DNA of 63,733 nt, the filler included, from Octopus bimaculoides (lineage: Eukaryota), in the NCBI RefSeq assembly GCF_001194135.2. It is 6 parts of 6 records of this genome, joined end to end, with 100 filler letters (N's around TTAATTAATTAA, not from the genome) between each part and the next. Parts side by side here need not be neighbours in the genome. Positions count along the whole stretch, not along the records: positions 36,365 to 57,261 come from NC_069005.1; positions 57,362 to 62,515 come from NC_069004.1; positions 62,616 to 63,733 come from NW_026297753.1; 3 more parts are not named here. One strand, given 5' to 3'. The position numbers and the translations under genes were made by a program. Below, piece after piece: positions 51,621-63,733 of this stretch. Each line of letters begins with the position of its first letter. Position 1 is the first letter of the stretch. Under the pieces are notes generated by a model, which was given only the letters and a program-made list of their open reading frames with translations, was not told the DNA's origin and ran no database searches.

Positions 51621-54600
51621 TAGTAGCAGCAGTAGCTGCAGCAATTTCGTAATTTATTGAATAATTGGAGAAGATCTGAAGACTCTTCAGAAAGTGATTC
51701 ACAGTAGCATTATCTGAAATGTTTCCATTACGTTTTTCTGGGCCATTTCAGGATATTGCAAATTTAAAAAAGAATAAAAGTCATTTGCATATGCACACAT
51801 ACTCCTATCCGCAGGATATTATATACTGAAAAGATGAGACATTTATTTGTGCTGGCCAAGTTGTTTGATGAGAAGAACCATGTACAATATTTTGGTTTTC
51901 TTTATGTTCAAGAGCCATAACATATATGGTTTTTACACTTTTGCTTTTAAAATTATAAATATGGAAACGTAACCACTACATAGTTGTTTTACTCATCACA
52001 ATTTAGTCATTCTTATATCCATTTTTCCATAATAGTAGAAGACACTTACCCACACAGTGAACTGAACTCAAAACCATGTGGTTGGGAAGTAACTTCTTTA
52101 TCACACAACCATGCCTCTGCATATTTGTATGAAGTGGCATCAAAAAGTTCCCAGATTAGTTCTGTAGCACACCAACAGATGGCAGCAGTGAGAGCTAGCA
52201 ATGACTTTCAAGAGGCACTGTGCCATGCAATTAACAAGGAAAAAGGAATTTGACTTTTATCATTGAAAGGTGCCAGTTTTGAAAACTGTGTTCAGGAGCA
52301 GCTCCCCTATTAGCTGTGTCACTGAGTAACTTTCATATATTTCAGGCACATCATCAGAAGTAAACAGATTAGAGAAATGTAAATTTACATAGATCTTGCC
52401 ATGTTGATTGCTGGTTTGGCAAAAGAGACTGGCAGAATAAGTACCAGGCTTTAAAAACAAAAAAGTACAGGGGTCGAATGGCTGAAACAAGTTAAACATA
52501 AAGATGAAAAATGCTGGAATACCTCTGATCATAGGCCTATTAAAACCCAGGGTTAAACATTTCAGCCAATACATTGTTATCAACAAATGTATATTTACAG
52601 CAAAAATAGTTATAAGATAGAAAACATAGGTACTGTTATCCACTTTGGTCTATACAGTGAGTTAGATGACTATCTCCCCATATACACACACACACTCATA
52701 TATATATATATATATATANNNNNNNNNNNNNNNNNNNNNNNNNNNNNNNNNNNNNNNNNNNNNNNNNNNNNNNNNNNNNNNNNNNNNNNNNNNNNNNNNN
52801 NNNNNNNNNNNNNNNNNNNNNNNNNNNNNNNNNNNNNNNNNNNNNNNNNNNNNNNNNNNNNNNNNNNNNNNNNNNNNNNNNNNNNNNNNNNNNNNNNNNN
52901 NNNNNNNNNNNNNNNNNNNNNNNNNNNNNNNNNNNNNNNNNNNNNNNNNNNNNNNNNNNNNNNNNNNNNNNNNNNNNNNNNNNNNNNNNNNNNNNNNNNN
53001 NNNNNNNNNNNNNNNNNNNNNNNNNNNNNNNNNNNNGACTGGCCCTCGTGCGGGTGACATGTAAAAGCACCCACTACACTCTCTGAGTGGTTGGCGTTAG
53101 GAAGGGCATCCAACTGTAGAAACTTTGCCAAATTAGATTGGAGCCTGGTGTTGCCATCCGGTTTCACCAGTCCTCAGTCAAATCGTCCAACCCATGCTAT
53201 CATGGAAAGCAGACGTTAAACGATGATGATGATGATGATGATATATATATATATATATATATAAAATCTGACACGATTCATTTGTTAAAGTGCCTTTATC
53301 TATCAGAATTCTTTCATTTAATAGTTGGTGGGTTTTTTAATAGCAAGTTATCTATTGTATAAATTATGTAACAATAGTAATTGCTTGTAATAAGAGAAAT
53401 ATAGACAAAATTTCCATTTTATCTTAGATGGTTTTACAGTTCTTATTTAATGAAACCTAAGATGGAATATATTTTTGTAAGTTGTATAGTTCTTTACTTT
53501 CTTGTATTCAAAATGTCTACCTCATATTAAACAGCTGCATACAAAACACACACACACATGTCTATCATTTTTGTTACATCCTTTTGCATGCAAGCATGGG
53601 TTAAATTAATATATTACTATGGCATTGTTTAACAGTTGGGTGCTTTCCCTGTCACTAACCCCTACCTGGTTTTCAGGTAAGAGATCTCCTATTTCTTATT
53701 TCACACATCTTTGAAGGTGTGAAGCCAGTGGGTGATTTGTTGACTGGAGAAATAACATCACCACTTGTGGCTCACAGTTTTTGGGAGATGAGTAAATATA
53801 GAAAAGAAAAAAAGATAGACATGCACACACACACATGTCTGTCTGTCTGTCTATGTACATAAACACACATCCATAAATCATCATGATCATTTAACATCTG
53901 TTTTCAATGTTGGCATAGGTTGAACAGTTTGACCAGAGCTTTTTATGGCTGGATGCCCTTCCTAACACTAACAACTCTACAGAGTGTACTGGGTACTTTT
54001 TATGTGACACCAGTACAGGGATCTTGCAGGCCAATCCTCTTCAGCAGGGGGAGAAGCATTAACACTTCTGCTGTGGAGGACAGGTTTTCTTGGGTACAAC
54101 ATACATACAATATANNNNNNNNNNNNNNNNNNNNNNNNNNNNNNNNNNNNNNNNNNNNNNNNNNNNNNNNNNNNNNNNNNNNNNNNNNNNNNNNNNNNNN
54201 NNNNNNNNNNNNNNNNNNNNNNNNNNNNNNNNNNNNNNNNNNNNNNNNNNNNNNNNNNNNNNNNNNNNNNNNNNNNNNNNNNNNNNNNNNNNNNNNNNNN
54301 NNNNNNNNNNNNNNNNNNNNNNNNNNNNNNNNNNNNNNNNNNNNNNNNNNNNNNNNNNNNNNNNNNNNNNNNNNNNNNNNNNNNNNNNNNNNNNNNNNNN
54401 NNNNNNNNNNNNNNNNNNNNNNNNNNNNNNNNNNNNNNNNNNNNNNNNNNNNNNNNNNNNNNNNNNNNNNNNNNNNNNNNNNNNNNNNNNNNNNNNNNNN
54501 NNNNNNNNNNNNNNNNNNNNNNNNNNNNNNNNNNNNNNNNNNNNNNNNNNNNNNNNNNNNNNNNNNNNNNNNNNNNNNNNNNNNNNNNNNNNNNNNNNNN

Positions 54601-55157
54601 NNNNNNNNNNNNNNNNNNNNNNNNNNNNNNNNNATAGGTGAGCAAGGCTTTCACTTCATACACGCCAGCTCAATTTGATTCGTCCTCAGTCAAAAGACAT
54701 CTGTTGTTATATTCTTGTTGTTTGTATTCGTAATTGCGTACCATGTTCTCCGTTTTTTGTCTTTGTTGCCATACACATGTGCTAGCTTTCTTACAAAAAA
54801 ATCTAATGCTCTTAGCTTAGACTTTTTGGGGGACAAATCTCACAAGGCTTTGGTCAGACTGAGTCTATAGTAGAAGACACTTGTCTAAGATACCATGCAG
54901 TAGAACTGAACCTGGAACCATGTGGTTGAGAAGTAAACTTCTTAATCGCACAGCTATACTTATAGCCAAAAGGATCCCTACTATATGAAATGTATACATG
55001 GTGAATTTTTTGACAACCCACAGTATTGAGATCTTCTCACAACCTCACAGTATTCTTAGAAGAGTGGGCTTTTATCGAACTTATGAAAAAGGTCTCCAAG
55101 TGGAACCCATAAAATCTTAATCACACATATACTAAACAATGCCAATGAAATGATCTA

Positions 55158-56043
55158 CAAGGGTGGGCTGCAAAGTTCATAGGCTGACAATGAAGGAGTG
55201 AGACTAGAGTTGTGAAATTTTGTATGCATTAATTTCAACTCTTCTTATAAAAAAAAAGCACTCAATACATGCAGTAAAGTGGTTGACATTAAAAAAGACA
55301 TCCAGCTGAAGCATGAATGCCAAAGCAGCCCTGGACCATAATGTGGTTCTTTCACAGGTCTTTGAAGATGTGAAGCCAGTGGATGATTTGTTGACAAGAG
55401 AAATGATAACAACATCACCACTTGTAGCTCACGATTTTTGGGAAAAGTGTAAATATAAAAAAAGATACACATGCACACAAACACATGTGTGTGTGTGTGT
55501 GTGTGTGTGTTCCTATCTGTCTGTGTACATAAACATGCACACACCCCCAAAAAAACCTGTCCTTCACAGCAGAAATGTTAATACTGCTCCCCCTGCTGAA
55601 GAGGATTGACATGCAAGAGTCCTGTGCTGAGGCCACATAAAAAAGAGCCCTCTGCTGAGGCCACATAAAAACTAATAGAAACGGCTTTGTTTCTTTCCAG
55701 GTAAACTGACATCTGACTGCTCAAAGAAGACTTCAAAAATAACTAGTAGCGACTTATCTTAAAAATGGGCAAAATTTGGCATCGTGGTGTTACCAAGTAC
55801 TTGCAGAAAAAGGGTTTAGCCCCCCCCCCTCCCCACAAGGACATTCAACTTGTATTGCAATGATGATGATGTCATATCTGCTGTTGATGACTTTTTAAAC
55901 CAACAGGATGGGATCCGGGCACTGCAACATGAATGGAAGAAGTGTGTGGATCACAAGGGGGACTATGCTGAAAAATAAACCTTATTTGGTCACATTCCAT
56001 GAGAGTACCTTGGTCAACTTATAAAATTTTCAACTAAGATTCA
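55158..56043 (+). mobile_element. Internally deleted mariner derivative carrying a ~430-bp insertion
   Basis: TA-flanked diverged TIRs caagggtgggctgcaaagttcataggctgac / gtcaacttataaaattttcaactaagattca. N-terminus MGKIWHRGVTKYLQKKG; C-terminus DDDVISAVDDFLNQQD...GIRALQHEWKKCVDHKGDYAEK*. Confidence 0.75.
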
Positions 56044-57179
56044 TAGTGACATTTTTCAAGGTGGGTTCTTATTTTTTAAGCTTTGTTTTACTCTCGTTTT
56101 TTGTTCAAGTTGAAAATTAAATTTCAGCACCATTTGTCAGCATTTCTCTCAGTATTTATGTCAACTAATGCACAAAATAGATTCATAAACAGAAGACAAT
56201 CAACGAAAATATTTTCGCAGATTTCTCTTTCATGTTAACTGGTTTGATTTTGTGGTAATGATAGGTAGTGGTGGTGGTGGTGTGATTACAGTAGCAATGA
56301 TTGTGTGGAGCTAGTGATGGTGGCGGCAAAAGTGAAAATGATAATAGGTGGTGGTGGTGGTGGTGGTGGTGGTGATGATAGTGATATTTGAAGATGAAGT
56401 AATGATAGTGCTTATTATTATTATTATTATTATTATTATTGTTCTTGACTGCGGCAGTAGTCATGATGGTGGTTGTCATCGTGGTGATGAAACTGGTTTG
56501 TATAATGATGACGGTGATGATGAACTTATTAAAACCGGGTGATAATGACAATGATGAAAACAAAGACAGTCGTGACAAGAGTGGTGGTGGTGGTGGTGGT
56601 AGCAGTGACGACAGTTTTAACTGTAAACAAAGTTTCTTTTTAACAATAATAATAATGATAATAAAGTATATAAAATATATTTTAAAAAACCTCAAAACTT
56701 AAAAAAATAACAGACAACAAAAAAGAAAGGAAACAATAAATATAATGAACAACATCAAAGCATCTACGAGCAAATCAAGGAAAATTTATTGATTTAAAAT
56801 ATTGGTGTTATTACTGTAAAATGTGAAAACTTGACTCTTCTAAAGTGGCATTATCCTGGATTATTACCCACACCCTCACCCACCCCACCTCAAAGTGATG
56901 CTAATCTGGATAGATTATGTGGAAGAAAAGATCTCATTTTTTCAGATAAACACAGAAACATATCTAACTTAATTCCTCGTCTGCCTGCCTGTCTGTCCAT
57001 CCCTGTAGTTGATTCAGTTCAGATGCATAAAGTCTGCTAAATGAAGAAGTGTGAAAATAAATGGGAATTATATATGTGCATGCGTATGTGGGTGCATATA
57101 TGTGTGTGTGTTCATGTGTGAATGTATATATATACACACACACACCCATACACAAACACATATACACATCTATACACAC

Positions 57180-57227
<48 letters not shown>

Positions 57228-57361
57228 CTATATATACACACACACATACACGTATATATATNNNNNNNNNNNNNNNNNNNNNNNNNNNNNNNNNNNNNNN
57301 NNNNNTTAATTAATTAANNNNNNNNNNNNNNNNNNNNNNNNNNNNNNNNNNNNNNNNNNNN

Positions 57362-57475
<114 letters not shown>

Positions 57476-57675
57476 CACGCACGCAAGCACGCACACACAC
57501 ATATAAATATATATATATCTGTATATATATAGGTAGATAGATAGATATAAGAGCCAAAAGTTAGACAAGCTCTTATATATTCGAGCGTTTTTGCTCACCA
57601 ATAACACACACACACGCACGCAAGTATATATACATATATATGTATGTATGTATGTATCATCAATANNNNNNNNNN

Positions 57676-57728
<53 letters not shown>

Positions 57729-57975
57729 AACAATTCAAGGCACATATATGGGTTTAGAATTTGCATTTTATTTCAATATATATGTCTTGAATTGTTTTTG
57801 AGGCAGTAAGTGCCTACATTATACAATTATATCGCTAGTCTATATATTAAAATGTAACGTTGGTCTGTATAATATGTCCCTCCAAACCTACATTAGGGAG
57901 CACTCAAGTGAATTTCTGTTTTTATTGACTAAATAATGTATTCTCAAAGATGGAAGCTCCCCATCTTTTTGTATT

Positions 57976-58544
57976 CAATTTAAACCAGTGGGCTAGCATA
58001 TTGAAAAAAATCTGAAGATTCAGAAAAATTATATTACATACATATAAGAGCGATGACCACTAGTTGGACATCCAATATGCTAAATGTAGAACCTATATGG
58101 TCTAAACACTAAGAAACAAATGTTCTCAAGAAAATTCGGCAAAGGCCAGAACGTAAACGAGCAAGACAAATGAAAAGATACAAAATATAATGATTAGTCA
58201 CACTAACTCGCAACATGCAGACATGGGAATATAATGATTAGTTCTGCAAATTATATTTTCTATGACGGTCGCATTGAGGATTTGCGGACATTTATGTATG
58301 TAAATATGTAAATGGCAACAATGAAACCTAGTAAATGTGACTATTCATTATACTTTGTATCTTTTCATTTGTCTTGCTCGCTTACATTCTGGCGTTTGCC
58401 GAATTATCTTGAGAACAATTTTTTTCTTAATTGGTCAGACAATATGGGGTCGACATTTAGCATATTGGATGTCCACCTAGTATGTAATATAATTATTCTG
58501 AATCTTCAGATTTTTTCAATATGCTAGGCCACTGGTTTAAATTG
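57976..58544. mobile_element. Foldback/MITE-like element with ~210-230-bp terminal inverted repeats
   Basis: 57976-58203 is the reverse complement of 58336-58544 apart from scattered substitutions and one ~20-nt indel. The spacer is about 130 bp. Confidence 0.85.
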
Positions 58545-59402
58545 ATATTAATCAAATTAATATCAATTTTTTACCCTTATTATTTAAATTTATATATATA
58601 TATATGTATATATATATATAATTCAATATTAACAGTTTTGCATTAGAAAACCAGGAATTTACACAAGGCTGTAAAAGAAGTGCTCAAACTAGTTGAGACA
58701 TAGGTACAAAGTTAATTGCAGAATAAAACCGTTAGGTCATCGACTCGAAAAGCCGTAGCCCACCAATGACCACATATAAGAAGTACAACATAGACCACAA
58801 AAACCAAATTAGTAAAGGGAGGTCGAAATTTTTATACATAAGAATAAAAATCGATTAAAAATGCAATAGAATAATATAAATAAATAAATAAACAGCGATT
58901 AAAAATTGATTAGAAATATTAGAGACTGGTACAAATACAGTAGAATAAAAATATATATATATATATATAGAAAAAATATAGAGAAAAAAATAATACATAG
59001 GGAGACNNNNNNNNNNNNNNNNNNNNNNNNNNNNNNNNNNNNNNNNNNNNNNNNNNNNNNNNNNNNNNNNNNNNNNNNNNNNNNNNNNNNNNNNNNNNNN
59101 NNNNNNNNNNNNNNNNNNNNNNNNNNNNNNNNNNNNNNNNNNNNNNNNNNNNNNNNNNNNNNNNNNNNNNNNNNNNNNNNNNNNNNNNNNNNNNNNNNNN
59201 NNNNNNNNNNNNNNNNNNNNNNNNNNNNNNNNNNNNNNNNNNNCAGGAATACCGAAGCGCACGGGACAAAACAGCAACAGAACATCCAAAGTGTGGCAAA
59301 GTAAAATCCAAGTTTCACCATTCCGCAGGTAACATCAGTAAAATCAAACCATTAACCTTATTTACAGTGGATTACGAGTATAGGTGGAACACAAACGCAG
59401 AA

Positions 59403-59484
59403 CACCTATGGCCATTTCGGGGGTATATCACCGTATTTAATGCACAATAGAGCACAAATTGGTGATAACCCCTTCTTCAGGGTA
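59403..59484 (-). ncRNA. Type I hammerhead ribozyme in the 3' repeat region of a Penelope-like element
   Basis: uACC CUGAAGA A GGGGUUAUCACC...GGUGAUAUACCCCC GAAA UGGCCA UA GGUg. The core is intact, helix II is about 12 bp, helix III is the palindrome AUGGCCAU, and helix I is ACC/GGU. Confidence 0.8.
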
Positions 59485-59753
59485 AAAAAAGACACACAGA
59501 CATCAACGACGTCACCAGTCAAAAAAATTATAATTATGAGAGCAAGCTTAAATAAATAATAATATGGACTAGACCAAAAAAAAATTTAAAAATTTAAAAA
59601 ATCTAATTTTTAGTATACCCTTTAGAATAGTCAGGCAGGTTTGGTAACTAAAACTATTAGATTTTAAATCCAACGTAAACCATGATAAAAAATAAATACT
59701 ACCATTGTATTCTTATTTTTATTATTATTTTAATATCAATTATTTTTGTCTAT

Positions 59754-60723
59754 TTATTTACTTCTATCATTACCATTACTATCACCATTATTACCATTAT
59801 TACCACTACTAACACTATTATTTTTGTTCTTATTCCTATTTTTATATAGTTTTAGGAAGGTGGAGGAAAATTTATGATTGCAAAAAGGGATTACCTCGAT
59901 AAACTTATTCAAGATTTTCGGCCCAAAAGACCTAAGAATGGAATGGGATTCCCTAATGCATAATAAGCACTTGCTAATATTAGCTCTAAATTGGGGGGTT
60001 CTAGATAAGATTGACCATTCAAGATAGTACTTCTTATTCCTCCTCTTGAGGTCATGTAGGAAAGAGGCGAGTGTTGTGGAATTATAATATTTCTCATTAG
60101 AAAAGGAACTCATGTGTGCCCTATACCTGGCTTTAAAATTCACTGAACTTCCAATATAAAGCTTATTTTGTTTGTCCTCGTCTCTAACTACACATTTATA
60201 CACTATGTTTGTGGACAAACAAAGTCCGCCGAGAGGACATAAAGAAGGGTCCCTATAATTACATAATTGTTTACGGCCACCCTTAAAGTCATTTCAAGCA
60301 TTATTAACCGCCCTCAGAAATTTATTCTTATCAACCATTCCACTTATCTCATTCCCAGATTTAGGCATAATCCGAGGGAATGAAGAGCCCGTTCCACCAT
60401 CGTCCTGTGGTTTACAGTTGGTTTTATTTGAAACAGGGTTTCCTTGTGGCGTACATTTGCATATCTTTAACTTATTTATTTTATTCCTATTTAAAGAGGC
60501 AATAATGGATGCTAAATTTGGCATTCCAGAGTAGGAACACTTAATTGTAGACCTGTTACAAATACTCTAGTATTTGTGGTCCCTTGGAAAACTATTTTCT
60601 AAGATCCTAAAGAACATTTTTGGTAAGTTTCTTACCCTGACGGAAAAAGGGGGGGGCGAACCAGATTACTTCTTTTATTCTGGGTCGCGAAACTTTTGTT
60701 TTAAATATTCCCATATCAGGAGA
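59754..60723 (-). mobile_element. Penelope-like element, RT thumb/linker + GIY-YIG endonuclease (few lesions)
   Basis: VIWFAPPF, FPRDHKY, NRSTIKCSYSGMPNLASII, CNYRDPSLCPLGGLCL, IVYKC...LYIGSSVNFKARYRAH...TTLA...WSIL...CLLCIRE. It has two in-frame stops and one frameshift, and runs into a gap at 60724. Confidence 0.92.
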
Positions 60724-60991
60724 NNNNNNNNNNNNNNNNNNNNNNNNNNNNNNNNNNNNNNNNNNNNNNNNNNNNNNNNNNNNNNNNNNNNNNNNNNNNN
60801 NNNNNNNNNNNNNNNNNNNNNNNNNNNNNNNNNNNNNNNNNNNNNNNNNNNNNNNNNNNNNNNNNNNNNNNNNNNNNNNNNNNNNNNNNNNNNNNNNNNN
60901 NNNNNNNNNNNNNNNNNNNNNNNNNNNNNNNNNNNNNNNNNNNNNNNNNNNNNNNNNNNNNNNNNNNNNNNNNNNNNNNNNNNNNNNNNNN

Positions 60992-61018
60992 CCGACGAAG
61001 AGTTCCGCTCGAAACGTC
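60992..61018 (+). ncRNA. Short hammerhead-like motif at gap edge
   Basis: ccgacga a gag ttccg ctc gaaa cgtc; the 5' strand of helix I is hidden in the N gap. Confidence 0.5.
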
Positions 61019-62615
61019 AGATTCTCTTTCTTTCCTTTCCCGAGCGTCCAGTACCACAATCTGTATCACGTCCTCGCGTTGTTGTTTTTTGTTTTGTTTT
61101 TTTGTCGTTTTTCTTTTTTTTACCTATATACATGTATGTATGTATGTATGTATGTATACGGACACACGCATATTCTGATGGTGACACTAGTCTGCATTCT
61201 GGCTATGTTGGTGCAGTATCTTTGGCTATATTAGTCAATTACATATCAACCCACAATCTCCTATTCCATCACCCTTCCCCCTCTTCATCTACCTGCCGCT
61301 TTCCCTTCCCCATTTATCTCCCTTCCACATCCGACCTTCCCTACTTTCATCGACCTCCCCTCCTCTACATCTTATCTACTTATCCTTTCTACTTCCTCCT
61401 ACTAATTTGCTCTCACCTCTTCCCCCTCTATATGGGTTCTCGCCTTCCCTTCAACTACTCATCCTTCTCCTCCTTTCCTCCTCTCCCTTCCTTTAACATG
61501 ATATACATATCCTCAAGCTGACGATAACCTCACACAGACATTGGAATTCTTGAAGTCCTGGAACTAAATAAGAACTACATTTAAAGTTTAACATTATTCG
61601 AAAGAAACAGACCAGGCTTAGCACTCTAACCTGACTTCTGTTCTTCCGCTTTTTCCTCCTCCTCGTCCTCCTTATCAACATTATTGCATTTCCCTCTCTC
61701 TTCGCTTCTTTTTCTGCTCATCATTCCTCACCATTTCCATTCATTCCTGTATTACAATTCCCTCTTTTTCTTTAGTTGTGCATTCTAGACCCCGCTCCTC
61801 CTCCTCATCATCATCATTATTATTTCTTCTTCTTTTACTTCTATTCATCTCCTCACAATTTCTATCTATCTCAAACTTCTGGATTCCAGTTTTTTTTTTT
61901 TCCTTCCCTGCGTCCTCCGACACTCTTCTCACTTTCACTCTATTTCCCTCTTGGTCTCTAATCTGTTCCCCCACCCCTCTCCATCTGCCGTTTCTCTGAA
62001 ATTTCTTTTCCCTTCGTCAATCTCTTCTTCCCCCCCCCCCCACCGTCGCTCCTCTCAGACACGTTATTCTTTCCTTATGTGAATTTATATCTTCACTTCG
62101 ATGTTCTTAGTTATTTCTGTCATGGCTGTGTTCCCTATCTTACACTGGAACCTTACTATCAATCAAGACACAATAAATCTCTTGTTAAACTCTGACAACG
62201 ATGTCAAAGTTATTAGCCATTCTTTCTCCTCGTCACGTCTACTTTATTGTATATGCGTGTGTGTGTGTGTGTGTTTGCGTATTCCTATGTCTGCATGTTG
62301 TGAGTCAATGTATGCGAGTACTTCTCGCAAACTAGTTTGTGGATTCAAATATGTGTGTGCTTACTCGTGCGCGTGCGCGTGCCCGTTGAGGATTGGTACA
62401 ACAAGGAGGAAAATAAGACTCGATACATATTTTTATCGACTCGACAAGAGGTACGCAAGTGACTCTAGGGCTGCGAGTTTCGTACATGGTGTTTATATAC
62501 ATATATATACATATANNNNNNNNNNNNNNNNNNNNNNNNNNNNNNNNNNNNNNNNNNNNTTAATTAATTAANNNNNNNNNNNNNNNNNNNNNNNNNNNNN
62601 NNNNNNNNNNNNNNN

Positions 62616-62659
<44 letters not shown>

Positions 62660-63733
62660 ATTTCTGGTTCACAATTTTCTCGACTACATGTCGTGTGAAG
62701 GATAGTGTTCATGAATTCTTTTCATTTAAACGTTGAAATTAACGAAGAGTTTAGAGGGATTTGTAAAATAAATTATTTCTTATTTCATTTTCAACTTCTT
62801 TAGACTGTAACAAAAATAATCTTGCGTAAAATTATGGCGAGACGTTTTAATTTAAACAGGAGCACTTACAAATGACAGAGAATATATAAAAATAACTACT
62901 GTTCCAAGATAATTAGATACATTTTCTGATAATGAACAACAAAATTGATTCAATCATTTCTTGTATGTCTAATACGTGTTTTATTGACACTGAATACACG
63001 GAAGGCAAACAAAAACGTTGTGATATAAGGTGAGATCTGGTTAGGTTTTAGTTAGAAATAAAATAGTAATTGGTCCACATTAAGTGGGTCATATTTATTA
63101 CTCCCAAAGTGGGCATAATAATGATGACTTATTTCGAAGGGAAATTATAAAAAGTTTTCGCCGTTTCTCATTTCTCAGATATAATCGAAAGCGTAAATTA
63201 TTGCAGTGGTAGAATCAAGAAGCCAGACAACAGGGAGGTAACCCTTCCAAACTCTACGGAAATTAATATTTCTGTCTCCCAAAAAGATAAATCTATCCAT
63301 AAATACAAAACGCCCCGAAATTTAACAACTGCCAAATTCAAAGCGGACACAATTTTAACACCTTTAAGGAATACGGAAATTAGGGATCATCGTCCGTTTC
63401 CTTTTTTTTTTTACCGCATCTAACACCTCGTGAAACAACTGAATTTTAATATGATTCCTTTTGGACAAGAGTGGAATAAAATTTGCATCATGCCATGGCA
63501 CATGTACAGTTTGTCAGATAATTATCATTACATATCTACGTTCACGATAATATATATAAGCAGGGCAGTGACACGAAATACACACACACACACACACATA
63601 TATATATACCCCCAAATTCTGAGCGAGTTCTCCACTAATCTTGGAAGTTATTTCTTCAAATCTTCAGTTTCATAAAGTTATAGAATTTCAAAGTTTTAGG
63701 ATTTTAAAATCTAATGGTTTAAGGGAGATGGAG

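Noticed and set aside
52325-52365. Minus-strand CTGATGA-tgtgcct-GAAA-tatat
   Set aside because: Helix II does not pair and position 17 would be G. It is either coincidence or too decayed to support.
61260-62100. Long pyrimidine-rich tract as a functional triplex element
   Set aside because: It is low-complexity sequence with no clear mirror symmetry, and similar tracts occur elsewhere in the window (1-95).

Overview
This is eukaryotic, AT-rich DNA saturated with microsatellites and containing many N gaps. The repeat landscape looks like a cephalopod (octopus-like) draft genome; that is an inference from repeat style, not a database match. No host protein-coding gene could be identified, and nearly all ORFs in the supplied track are microsatellite or N read-throughs. 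The recognisable coding sequence is decayed transposon. It includes Penelope-like (RT + GIY-YIG), RTE/BovB-like, CR1-like, Tx1/L1-like and RLE-bearing (R4/Dong-like) LINE fragments, plus mariner fragments. There is also a hAT MITE, a long foldback element and dozens of SINE-like copies from several families. The most interesting signal is a set of type I hammerhead-ribozyme motifs (CUGANGA...GAAA) from about four unrelated sequence families; three families have a palindromic helix III. One lies directly downstream of a Penelope GIY-YIG ORF. Other notable structures are an RTE LINE with a twin-priming-like 300-bp inversion bounded by CATG, a SINE that shares its 3' tail with a CR1-like LINE, and an 84-bp near-perfect inverted templated insertion. 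All alignments and folds were done by eye, and coordinates of decayed repeats are approximate.
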